Shown: in pieces, positions 18,195-27,377 of the stretch
Numbering within the stretch: position 1 is the first letter of the stretch
How the letters are laid out: each line of letters begins with the position of its first letter
Assembly (NCBI GenBank): GCA_965203055.1
Contig: OZ241863.1
Span: forward strand, 2,144,001 to 2,208,000
Direction: 5' to 3'
Source: Spirochaetia bacterium
GTDB taxonomy: Bacteria; Spirochaetota; Spirochaetia; SZUA-6; Bin103
Length of the DNA: 64,000 bases
The notes under the pieces: model-generated
What the model saw: the letters and a program-made list of their open reading frames with translations, nothing else
What the model was told of the DNA's origin: nothing
Database searches by the model: none
Made by a program: the position numbers and the translations under genes

Positions 18195-18335
18195 CGGCCA
18201 ATGGCCCTCGCGTACCGCGCTGCGGTCGTGGTTCGAGGTGGCGACCGGCAAATCGTACACCCGGTCGGTTACCACGGTCCAGCGCAGAATAACTCGCTGG
18301 CCCGGACGGCCCCGCAATGTCCAGCGCGCGGGCGT

Positions 18336-19598
18336 TCAGACCGGAAGCTGAATGGCGGCGTAGGGGTACACCGCCGCCTTGGCGCCGCGCGGGAAGCGCG
18401 CGGTGAGGTGCGTCATTACTTCGCTCCAGTCAGCGCACGCCACTACCTGGCCGCCGCGGCCGTAGCCGTCCAGGTCGGTGCGTGACTGGTAGCGCGAGCA
18501 GACCAGGAGCTGCCCGGCCTTGCGGATCGGGCAGTGCTCGACCGGTGACCAGATGCTGCCGCCGTAGTCGGTGCCGAAGCGGCCGCCGAGGTAGTGCGCC
18601 GCCTGTCCCTCGACGCTCTGGCAGATCACCACCGCGGTCCCGCCCTCCTTGAGGGAGAGATCGGGCGGCCACATCCCCTTCACCGCCTGATTCTCGATCG
18701 GGTAGGTGTTGGTCACCACCACCTCGCAGTCGCCGGCCATGGCGGTGGCGTACAGCTTCCGCGCCGCGGCCACGCCGGCGCGGTGCTGCTCCACGAACTG
18801 GCCGGCCAGCACCTGCACCACCTCGCGCCGCGGGTTGATCAGCAGATCGATCTTGAAGTCCAGGCCCACCATGGCGACTGCTTCTTCCAGGTCCCGGCGG
18901 ATCACGCTGTCTTCGATGTTGCCGAGCAGATCGACCCCGCCGGCGCCGTCCGCGCGCCGCGCCGCGGCGTCACGGCGGCCGAGGACGCGGTGGTTGTGAT
19001 CCACGGTGGCGATGCCGGCGACGCCCGGCACGAGCAGCTTGGCGCCGCCGCCGAACCCGGCCGAGCGATGCGGAATGAGACCGCCGATGCCAATCCGCAG
19101 ATCGCATTCCATCACCTCGCGGTTGATTTCCACGCGCGTGCCGCGGCTGGTGGTGCCCACCTCGACCAGGTGGTCGAACGGATTGTGATTGTAGACCCGG
19201 TAGCGGCGCACCACCTCCGCGCCCAGCTTCTTGGTGAAGTCTTCGAGGGACATCGCCGCGTGATTGGCGAATGCGCCTACCAGCCGAATCCGGTCCTCCT
19301 CCAGACCGGCGGCGCGCAGCTCGGCCAGCACCAGCGGCAGGATGCGCCAGGTGGGCGCCGGCCGGGTGAGGTCGTCGAACAGGATTACCGCCTGCTTGCG
19401 GCCGCGCGCCAACTCGCGCAGCCGCGCGGTGCCCAGCGGGCGCTCCAGTTGGGCGCGGAGCTGGGCGTCGTCGAGGGCAACGGCGTCGTGCCCGGCCATC
19501 AGGCACTCCCGTACCTGCCAGGAGGCCGGGAACCGCAGCTCCATGTCGCGGTCCCCGTACCAGGCGTGGGTGGGTATTCGGATCGTCGTGCTATCCAT
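18336..19598 (-). CDS. LarA (nickel-pincer racemase/epimerase) family protein
   Basis: DDLTRPAP, ANHAAM, YNHNP, GTTSRGT, PHRSAGFGGGAKLLVPGVAG. Confidence 0.85.
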   Translation of the reverse strand: MDSTTIRIPTHAWYGDRDMELRFPASWQVRECLMAGHDAVALDDAQLRAQLERPLGTARLRELARGRKQAVILFDDLTRPAPTWRILPLVLAELRAAGLEEDRIRLVGAFANHAAMSLEDFTKKLGAEVVRRYRVYNHNPFDHLVEVGTTSRGTRVEINREVMECDLRIGIGGLIPHRSAGFGGGAKLLVPGVAGIATVDHNHRVLGRRDAAARRADGAGGVDLLGNIEDSVIRRDLEEAVAMVGLDFKIDLLINPRREVVQVLAGQFVEQHRAGVAAARKLYATAMAGDCEVVVTNTYPIENQAVKGMWPPDLSLKEGGTAVVICQSVEGQAAHYLGGRFGTDYGGSIWSPVEHCPIRKAGQLLVCSRYQSRTDLDGYGRGGQVVACADWSEVMTHLTARFPRGAKAAVYPYAAIQLPV

Positions 19599-19629
19599 GG
19601 CGGCGTGCAGTGTGCGCCGGGAGCGCGCC

Positions 19630-21420
19630 CTATGGCGAGCCCGCGCGCGGTCGTGCCCGCGGCCGTGCCCGCTGCGCCGCGGCCCAGGCCAGAAAGCGCG
19701 CGGCCGGCCAGGTGTTGGCGATGCGGCCGGGTTCGACCCAGCCGCGCTGCGCCTGCCGCACGCCCCACTGCAGGCGGTCGAAGTCTCCCACGTGGTGGGC
19801 GTCCGAGTTCACCACGATGATCACCTCGTGGGCGCGCGTCCGCCGCAACACGTCGTCCGCGGCGTCGAGCCGGTTGAGGCCGCCGTTGATCTCGATGGCG
19901 GTGCCGGTGCGGGCGGCCGCGGCCAGTACCGCGTCCACGTCCAGCTCGATGCCGGGCCGGCGGCCGATCATGCGCCCGCTGAGATGACCGATCACGTTGA
20001 CCGCCGGATCCTCCATGGCGCGGATGATGCGGCGGGTCTGGGCGGCGCGGTCCAGGTCGAACGCCGAATGCACCGCGGCCACGCACCAGTCGAACGAAGC
20101 GCGGAACGCGGCGTCGTAGTCGAGGCTGCCGTCGGGGCCGATGTTCAGCTCCACCCCGTGCAGCAGGCGCAGGCCGGGGTGGGCGCCGGCCTGCTCGCGC
20201 AACGCGGCGCGTTGCTCCAGCAGCCGCTCCCGGCTCACGCCGTTGAAGCCAAGATTCTCGCCGTGGTCGGTGACCGCCAGATAGGAGAGGCCGCGCGCCG
20301 CTGCCGCGGCCACCATCTGCGGCAGGGTACTGCGCCCGTCGCCGGAGGCGTCGGTATGCAGGTGCAGGTCGCCGCGCAGGTCGGCCAGCGCCACCGGCGC
20401 GGGCAGCTCGCCGCGGGCGGCGGCTTCGATCTCGCCGCAGTCCTCGCGCATCGGCGGCGGGATGAGCGGCAGGTCGAGCGCGGCGTAGACGTCGCGCTCC
20501 GCCTCCCCGGCGAGCCGGGTTCCGTGCTCGTCCCACAGCCCGTACTCGTTGAGCAGCCAGCCGCGGGCCGCGGCCAGCCCGCGCAGCTTGACGTTGTGCG
20601 CCGCCGAGCCGGTGAAGTAGAGCGCCGCGGCTCCGAACTGATCCGGCGCCACTACGCGCAGGTCGACCTGCAGGCCGCGCCGCGTGACCCGGGCGCCGCC
20701 GCCGCCGTCGTCGAGCAGCGGCAGTGCCGCGAAGCGCTCGATCACGGGGCGCGGGTCGGCGGCGGCCACCAGCACGTCCAGGTCGGCGATGGTGGGCCGC
20801 AGCCGGCGCAGGCTGCCGCAGTAGCGCACCTGCTCAACCGCCGGCAGATCCGCCAGCGCGGCCACCACGAGCTGCGCGTCCGGCAACACCTGGGCGATCG
20901 GCAGCCGCAGCTCCTTGCCGGCCATGCCGACCCGGCGCAGGCCCCGGGCCAGCGCCTGCTCGGTCTTGGCGCCCAGGCCCGGCAGCGCGCGCACCAGATG
21001 TTGCTCCAGGGCGGCCTGCAACTGCTCGATGCTGGCGACGCCCAGCTCCGCCCGCAGCCGCGCCAGGGTCCTGGGGCCGAGGCCCGGCACCGCGGCGAGT
21101 TGCTGGACGGCCGGCGGAAACCGGTCGCGGAGCTGATCCAGCTTGGCGATGCGGCCGCGCTCGAAGAACTCGCGCACCTTGCGGGCAATCGCCTTGCCGA
21201 CGCCGTCGAGCCGGAGCAACTCCGCCTCCGACAGCGCCGCCAGCTCCTCCGGCGCGGCGCGCAGCCGGCGCAGCGCGCGGTCGTAGGCGCGGGCGCGGAA
21301 CGACTGCGCGCTGCCGTCGTCGAGAATGGTCAGCCGGTGCAGCTCGCTGAGCTGCGCCAGCAGTTCCTGCGTCTGCCGCGCACTCCCGCGGCGCGCCGCC
21401 GCCTCGGGGCCGCCAGCCAT
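19630..21420 (-). CDS. polX: DNA polymerase X / PHP domain protein
   Basis: FRARAY, GSLRR..ADLDVL, YFTGSAAHN, DLHLHT..SGDG, TDHG, NSDAH. Confidence 0.92.
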   Translation of the reverse strand: MAGGPEAAARRGSARQTQELLAQLSELHRLTILDDGSAQSFRARAYDRALRRLRAAPEELAALSEAELLRLDGVGKAIARKVREFFERGRIAKLDQLRDRFPPAVQQLAAVPGLGPRTLARLRAELGVASIEQLQAALEQHLVRALPGLGAKTEQALARGLRRVGMAGKELRLPIAQVLPDAQLVVAALADLPAVEQVRYCGSLRRLRPTIADLDVLVAAADPRPVIERFAALPLLDDGGGGARVTRRGLQVDLRVVAPDQFGAAALYFTGSAAHNVKLRGLAAARGWLLNEYGLWDEHGTRLAGEAERDVYAALDLPLIPPPMREDCGEIEAAARGELPAPVALADLRGDLHLHTDASGDGRSTLPQMVAAAAARGLSYLAVTDHGENLGFNGVSRERLLEQRAALREQAGAHPGLRLLHGVELNIGPDGSLDYDAAFRASFDWCVAAVHSAFDLDRAAQTRRIIRAMEDPAVNVIGHLSGRMIGRRPGIELDVDAVLAAAARTGTAIEINGGLNRLDAADDVLRRTRAHEVIIVVNSDAHHVGDFDRLQWGVRQAQRGWVEPGRIANTWPAARFLAWAAAQRARPRARPRAGSP

Positions 21421-21540
21421 GGCGCAACTCTAAGACGCTTGGCGCGGCGCCGGCAAGCGCGGGCCGGCGCCCGCTACCCGTCCAGCTTGCCGTAGAGCAC
21501 TGTTGCGTAGCCGGCGGCCGGTGGCTCCGAGCGGCCTTTC

Positions 21541-22353
21541 CTAACCCTTGAGGGCGCCGGCGGTGAGGCCGCTCACGAACTGGCGCAGGGCGATGCCGAA
21601 TACCACCACCAGGGGCAGCGTGGCGATTACGAAGCCGGCCATCATGGGTCCGTACTGCGTCAGGTAAGTGCCCTGGAAGAAGCGCAGCCCCACTGCCACC
21701 GGGCGCAGCGAGTCGCTGGAGATCGCCACCAGCGGCCAGATGAAGTCGTTCCAGGTAGCGAGCAGGTGGACGATCAGGATGGTGATCACGACCGGCACCG
21801 ACAGTGGCAGACCGATCAGCCAGTAGCAGTGCAGCTTGTTGGCGCCGTCCATGTAGGCGGACTCGAAGATCTCTTCCGGCAGGTTGGCGAAGAAGGTACG
21901 GAACACCAGGATCGAGAACGGCTGGCTGACCGCGATCCAAGGCAGAATGAGCGCCCACGGCGTATTGATCAGGCCGAACTGCCTGACCTCCATGAACAGC
22001 GGCACGATCTGCAGCACCGACGGAATCATCAGCAGCGAAATGGTCGCCAGGAACAGAACGTGGTCGCCGGGAAACCGGTAGCGGGCAAAGGCGAAGGCGG
22101 CCAGCGAGGCGAACAACGCGATGCCGATGATGCTCAGCAGGCTGTAGTAGGTGCTGTTGACCAGATACACCGACACCACTTCCCAGGCGATCGCGTAGTT
22201 GCTCCAGGTCAGGGGGAACATCGGCAGCCAGAACTCGTGGTAGAACTGGCTGAGGTTCTTGAACGAAGTGATGAACATGAAGATGAAGGGAAAGAAGGTG
22301 AGCGCGGCAATCAGGGTAAGCGCGGAAATAGCGGCGATGCGTGGCAGAGACAT
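21541..22353 (-). CDS. Carbohydrate ABC transporter permease (MalG-like)
   Basis: EIFESAYMDGA EAA motif, WNDFIWPL, GLTAGALKG. Confidence 0.93.
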   Translation of the reverse strand: MSLPRIAAISALTLIAALTFFPFIFMFITSFKNLSQFYHEFWLPMFPLTWSNYAIAWEVVSVYLVNSTYYSLLSIIGIALFASLAAFAFARYRFPGDHVLFLATISLLMIPSVLQIVPLFMEVRQFGLINTPWALILPWIAVSQPFSILVFRTFFANLPEEIFESAYMDGANKLHCYWLIGLPLSVPVVITILIVHLLATWNDFIWPLVAISSDSLRPVAVGLRFFQGTYLTQYGPMMAGFVIATLPLVVVFGIALRQFVSGLTAGALKG

Positions 22354-22360
22354 GTGCCGG

Positions 22361-23299
22361 CTACCGCCGGGCGACGTACTCGGTTTCGACTCTGATGCCC
22401 TTGAAGTTCAGGTAGGTGAGTCCGAATATCAGGATGAACAGGACGAAGCCGATGGTGGTAGCGTACCCCATTCTGGCGTACCAGAAGCCCATGTTGTACA
22501 TGTAGAGGCCGGGCACCAGGGTGGCGAATCCGGGGCCGCCCTCGGTAAGGATGAGCTGCACGCCGAAGCTCTGCAGCGAGTTGATCACGCTCAGGATCAG
22601 AATCAGCTTGACCTGTCCCAGCACCATGGGCAGGTCGATGAACCAGAATCTCTTGACCACGTTCACCCCGTCGATCAGCGCGGAGTCGAGGATCTCCGAG
22701 GAAATGGCCTGCAAACCTGACAGATAGATGAGCAGGGAAAACCCGCCCACCCAGGGGAACCCGATGAACATCATCCCCAGCAGCGCGAAGCGCGCGTCGC
22801 CGAGCCACGCGCGGCGCAGATTCTCCAGCCCGACCAGACTCAGGAACTGGTTGATGATGCCCACTTCCGCATCGTAGATGAACCCCCACACCAGCACCAT
22901 GACGATGAACGGTACCACCATCGGAAACACCAGCATGGCGCGCGACACGTATTGCAGCCGCGCCGACTTCATGTTGAATATCAGCTCCGCGGCGAACAGC
23001 GGCGCGGTGACGTTCACCACGATGGCGAAGGCGGACAGCTTGAGAAGATTGGCGAGCGCCGTCAGGAAGATGTCGTCGCCGGCCAGCTCGATGAAGTTGC
23101 TCAGCCCGATGAAGCGCGATACCCCGCCCACCGTCCAGCGCGTAAAGGAATGCTGGACGGCGGACAGGAACGGGTAGTAGGAGAACAGCAGCATGAGCAG
23201 GAAGGAGGGGGCGAGGAACAGGTAGACGGTCCTGTTGGCGTAGATTCGCCGCAACAGGTCCTGGAACGACGAGCGGACGGGTATCGGCGTCGCAGACAA
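22361..23299 (-). CDS. Carbohydrate ABC transporter permease (MalF-like)
   Basis: FIGLSNF, GLQAISSEILDSALIDG, LTEGGPG. Confidence 0.93.
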   Translation of the reverse strand: MSATPIPVRSSFQDLLRRIYANRTVYLFLAPSFLLMLLFSYYPFLSAVQHSFTRWTVGGVSRFIGLSNFIELAGDDIFLTALANLLKLSAFAIVVNVTAPLFAAELIFNMKSARLQYVSRAMLVFPMVVPFIVMVLVWGFIYDAEVGIINQFLSLVGLENLRRAWLGDARFALLGMMFIGFPWVGGFSLLIYLSGLQAISSEILDSALIDGVNVVKRFWFIDLPMVLGQVKLILILSVINSLQSFGVQLILTEGGPGFATLVPGLYMYNMGFWYARMGYATTIGFVLFILIFGLTYLNFKGIRVETEYVARR

Positions 23300-23367
23300 G
23301 GATGATTAGTCCCGGGAGCGCCCCGGACGCGGCGGCGCCCGGGAGCGCTTACGTCAGGCGGGAGCTG

Positions 23368-24825
23368 CTACAGTCCCCATTCGGGGTTGGCCGCGACCAT
23401 GCGGTCGACGCCCGCCTCCAGGATCTTCTGCAGTTCCGCGGCGCCGTCCTCCAGGGACATGCCGCCGCCGAGGATCTCGGCCACCATGCTGCGCCCGATG
23501 TCACCGGCCTGCACGTCGTAGAAGCCGAAGAACACGAGCTGCTCGCCGGGCCCCGCCTCGGTGGTGATCGATGAGATCATGCCGTCCAGCAGGTCGGTGC
23601 TGCGTTCGCCCTTGATGTTCGGGATCAGCACGTTGGCTTCTTCGATCATCGGAATTGCCCGCTCCGGCACCGTGAGGAAGCGCAGGAAGTCGACCGCGAG
23701 ATCGGTCTTGCCGCCCTCGATCGCGGTGGCGGTGATGGCGAGCTGCGTGGCGTGGGCGCCGCCGAGACCGCGCACGAATTTGCCGGTCCCGTACGGCGAG
23801 CTGTCGGTGGTCACCGGCGGAAACCAGAAGGTTCCGAAGTCGAAGTCGCGCAGCGGATCGTTGACCAACGCCAGCAGGTTCCAGGTGCCGGCCCAGGCAA
23901 TCGCGGCGCGCCCGGTGATCCAGGGGCGGAAGTCCCCGCCGTCGGTCTTGGTGGCCCAGTCTCCCTGCCAGTAGGGCGCCCATTCCTTGAGCAGGCGCAG
24001 CCACTCCTGTTGCTGTGGATCGTTCAGGTTCAGGGTGCCGTTGCGGACCGCGCGCGCCACCTCCTCGTGATTGCTGAAGCCGCTCTCGTCGGCATCGATC
24101 CGTTCGACGATATCCAGGGCCGTAGCCTCGTACAGCAGTACGAAGGTCCAGTCCAGATGATTGTTGACGTGCGCCGTCTGGAACGGAATGTAACCTGCTT
24201 CCCGGATGGTTTCCTGGATCTCCATGAACTCCTGCCAGTCGCGCGGCACCTCGAGGCCGAGTTCATTGAAGATCGCCTTGTTGTACACCCAACCGGTCGC
24301 CACCAAGTCGATGGAGAGTCCGTACAACGCGCCGTTCGACTGAATCTTCGGGCGCAGGGTGGAATCGAAGAACAGGTCCCACCACTTGGCGCTGCCGGGC
24401 GCGTACGGGTTGGGTTCCTGCAGGTAGGGCATCAGGTCGACGAACCAGTTGTTGTCCTTGTACTGATACGCCCACTCGTTCTTGACGCTGAGAATATCGG
24501 GAGCGGTGCCGCCGCTGAGTTGGGTGACCACCCATTCCAGCCCGGACACCGGATCGGTCAGGACTTCGATGCTGACGCCGGGATGGAGCCGCTGATACTC
24601 GGCGACGATCTCGTTCGCCACCACCAGCTTGTCCAGCCCTTCGCCGCGCACCACCCCCGGCGTGTAGCTGCCGAGGTGGATGCTCATCTGGCCGCTGAGC
24701 CCGTCGCCGGCCGCGGCCTCTTCGCCGCCGGCGGCGAACGCCGCGGTTCCCGCCAGGAGCAGCAGACCGGCGCCGGCGATGGCCGGTGCGAGGTTCTTGA
24801 AGTCAACCATGGTGTTCCTCCTCAT
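23368..24825 (-). CDS. Carbohydrate ABC transporter substrate-binding protein
   Basis: Signal peptide ..AFAAGGEE, GTAPDI, YNKAIFNELGLEVPRDW. Confidence 0.9.
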   Translation of the reverse strand: MRRNTMVDFKNLAPAIAGAGLLLLAGTAAFAAGGEEAAAGDGLSGQMSIHLGSYTPGVVRGEGLDKLVVANEIVAEYQRLHPGVSIEVLTDPVSGLEWVVTQLSGGTAPDILSVKNEWAYQYKDNNWFVDLMPYLQEPNPYAPGSAKWWDLFFDSTLRPKIQSNGALYGLSIDLVATGWVYNKAIFNELGLEVPRDWQEFMEIQETIREAGYIPFQTAHVNNHLDWTFVLLYEATALDIVERIDADESGFSNHEEVARAVRNGTLNLNDPQQQEWLRLLKEWAPYWQGDWATKTDGGDFRPWITGRAAIAWAGTWNLLALVNDPLRDFDFGTFWFPPVTTDSSPYGTGKFVRGLGGAHATQLAITATAIEGGKTDLAVDFLRFLTVPERAIPMIEEANVLIPNIKGERSTDLLDGMISSITTEAGPGEQLVFFGFYDVQAGDIGRSMVAEILGGGMSLEDGAAELQKILEAGVDRMVAANPEWGL

Positions 24826-24849
24826 AGGTTGCTCATGGTGTCGATGGTT

Positions 24850-25345
24850 CGCTCACTTTCGGAAATCTCATGCGGCTTCCGGAGCCGACGTCGAAGGTCA
24901 CGTAGTCGGAGTCCGCGCTCGCCGCGCCGATGCCGGCCGCGCCCGGGAGCAAGGCGCCGCCGCGCCACACCACGCGGTCGCCCTCGCGGATCACCGGCCG
25001 CGCGCTCCCGGCCACCGGCACCGCCACCAGCGCGCGGCAGTTGACCGGCACGCTGACAGTGACCGGCGGGATCATCTGCGCCTGCAACGGTCCCACCGGC
25101 TCGGGGGCCGCTGCCGCCGGCTGCCAGTGCAAACTCCTTGCGCAGCAGGGGTGAGGAGATGGCGGGCTCTGGTGGGAGGATCCAGGTCGCCTTCCAGTCG
25201 GCGGCGCCCAGCAATCCCATCTCGAACCACGCCGGCGCGCTCCACGGTCTGGGCCGGCCCGCCTCGTCCCAGACCCGGACCGCCCAGTAGCAGCGTTCGC
25301 CGCCAGCCAGCGGCGCACGCGATGTTGGTGGAGTCGCCGACAGCG
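24850..25345 (-). pseudogene. Alpha-L-rhamnosidase (GH78)-like remnant with catalytic core deleted
   Basis: N-terminal RCYWAVRVWD..WSAPAWFEMGLL..DWKATWI..PLLRKEF fused to C-terminal VSVPVNCRALVAVP..FDVGSG in different frames. Confidence 0.75.
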
Positions 25346-25627
25346 TGCAGCCCCTCCTCCTCCGCCTCGGGCACCGGTGAATCGGCGGAGGCGCCGGACG
25401 GAATCAGGCGTGGAGTCAGGGCAGCAATCCCTCTACACTCCGGGAGCGCCGCAGGAACGCCCACCGGCAAGATTCCGCGAGTATGTCACGCCGCTCCCCA
25501 CCGGTCAAGCAAGCGCCCGCGGTGGGCGCATTTCCAAAATGTAGGTAAGCGTCAGGCCGCTTGGCGGCCAAGCCCAAGTCCCAGTGTAAGATGACGTTCT
25601 CGGCGATCTTGATCACCGGTTTCTTGA

Positions 25628-26983
25628 TCACCGGTCTACCGGCGCCTGACGATCCTCGCCGGGGCGCCCGAATCCGGCGCCGACGTGGCGGTAGCGGTGA
25701 TGGGCGGCGCACAGCAGCCGGAGATTGTTCGGCTCGGCGGCGCCGCCGCAGGCATACGGCACGACGTGATCGATCTGCAGCAGGTGTTGCGAGCCGCAGC
25801 GGCGCCCGCTGGTGCGGTCCACGTAGCGGCAGCGGCCCCGGTCGCGCCGCCACACCTCGCGCTTGACCGCCGCCGGGATGGCGCGGCCGGGCACGCCCGG
25901 CTTCGCTGCCGAAGTCTGGGTCCGCGGCGGCGCAGCCAGCTGCGCGCACGCCGCAGCCTGCCGGCCGAGGCGCTACGTCTTCGGCGCCGAAGTTGCGTCG
26001 CCCGCCGGCTTCGCTGCCGATGTGTGCGGGCGGTCAGCGGCTTGGCCTCCCGGCTCCGCCGGCGCCTGAGCCGATACCTTCGCCGCCGAAGGAGCGGCGC
26101 TGTCCGCGCCGGCCTCCTGCTTCGCTGCCGGGGCGGCGCCACGAGCCGAGGCCGCCTGCGTCTTCGGCGCCGAAGTTTGCTCGGCGCCTTTGGCCGGCGC
26201 GGCGCGCCGCCCGCGCGGCGGCCGGGCCGGGTCGTGGCGGTCGAGCCCTTCCCGCACCAGCCGCCCCATGAGCTGCCCCAACGTCAGGTGCGGATCGACG
26301 TGGGACAGGAGGCCCTTGAGCCGCTCCAAGCCGCGCCGGCACTCATCGTCGATCACCGCCTTGAGTTCCCAGCGCCCGCCGCCCAGGGGCCGCACCCGAT
26401 CCCCCGGCGGCGCCAGCTCCGGGTCCACCTCGGCCAGCAACTGCATCACCTCCCGGCTGCTCTTGCCGGACGCCTGCTCCACCAGCTCCCGCCGCGCCTC
26501 CGAGTCCAGCGCCGGCGCCGGCGCCGGCTTCCGCTCCGCCGACCGCGGCGGCGCCGAGCCGTCCTGCGACTGAGCGGCAGCCCCGCACCCGACACCGCCC
26601 GGCGCGCTACGCGCCGCGCGTTCCTTCCTGCGCTCCTGCCGGTCGAACGCGTGCTGCAACTGCGCCGCCGCGTTCAGCGTCATCAAGCCATTCTGCAGGC
26701 GCTCGCGCACGCCCTCGACCTCCGCGCACAGCCGCATCGCCTTGATGCGCCGCCACGCTGCAGCGTCGCTGTAACCCAGTTCGCGCACCGCGTAATCGAA
26801 CAGACTCGAGAACCCGCGGCGCAGGTACAGGCGGCGCTTCTGAATCTCGCGCAGGTGGTCGATCACGACCACTTCGAGATGGTGTTCGATGCCGGAAAGT
26901 TCCTTGATCCGCTCCAGCAGGCGGTCGTCTGAGAGAGCGGATACGGTAGTGGTGACGGCCCCGTCTGAAGCATGTTTGTTCAT
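25628..26983 (-). pseudogene. HNH endonuclease with helical N-terminal domain, interrupted by in-frame TAG at 25973-25975
   Basis: N-term HLREIQKRRLYLRRGFSSLFDY..LGYS; C-term WRRDRGRC..C..QIDHVVP..GG..NNLRLLC..HH in the same frame after the stop. Confidence 0.85.
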
Positions 26984-26989
26984 GACATA

Positions 26990-27018
26990 AGTATAATCAT
27001 GGAAACTACTTGAGTCAA
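26990..27018 (-). promoter_or_regulatory. Near-consensus sigma70 promoter, probably leaderless HNH mRNA
   Basis: TTGACT-N17-TATACT, then 6 nt to ATG. Confidence 0.75.
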
Positions 27019-27377
27019 TTTCTTCGGCCCGGAAGATGGCACCTGCTGGCGTGACTCGGCGGCGTATTCCAAGCGGCTGGACGTTCCGTCAGATGCTGCT
27101 GCCGAGAATGTCGCCGGCGTCGACAGGGCGCGATTTGCCGGGTACCGAGGGGCCGGCTTCGGCGCCGGCGCGGGCGGCGTTGAGAGCAAGCAGGCGGGCG
27201 AGCACTTCGTCGCGGACTCCGGCGCGGTCCATGGCGGCGTGCAGCTCGCGCGGTACTCGGAGTACGCCTTGCCGGCGGCTTCGACGGCGGAATCGGTACC
27301 AACAATTGGGAAGTGCGCCCCCGCGGTCGGACACATGCCGTTGCGCGGTGTGTCATCACCGACGCGTGCCGCAGGCG

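Larger units (their letters stand above)
25524..27320. mobile_element. Non-autonomous TIR-bounded cassette carrying an HNH gene
   Basis: TIRs gggcgcatttccaaaatgt / acaattgggaagtgcgccc (16/19); CCGCGGT direct repeat on both flanks (25517-25523, 27321-27327). Confidence 0.75.

Noticed and set aside
4860..18327. Intact prophage or integron
   Set aside because: No integrase, terminase, capsid, att duplication or attC-like pattern identified.
25628..26983. IscB/Cas9-like RNA-guided nuclease
   Set aside because: No RuvC motifs or PLMP N-terminus recognised; only a C-terminal HNH.
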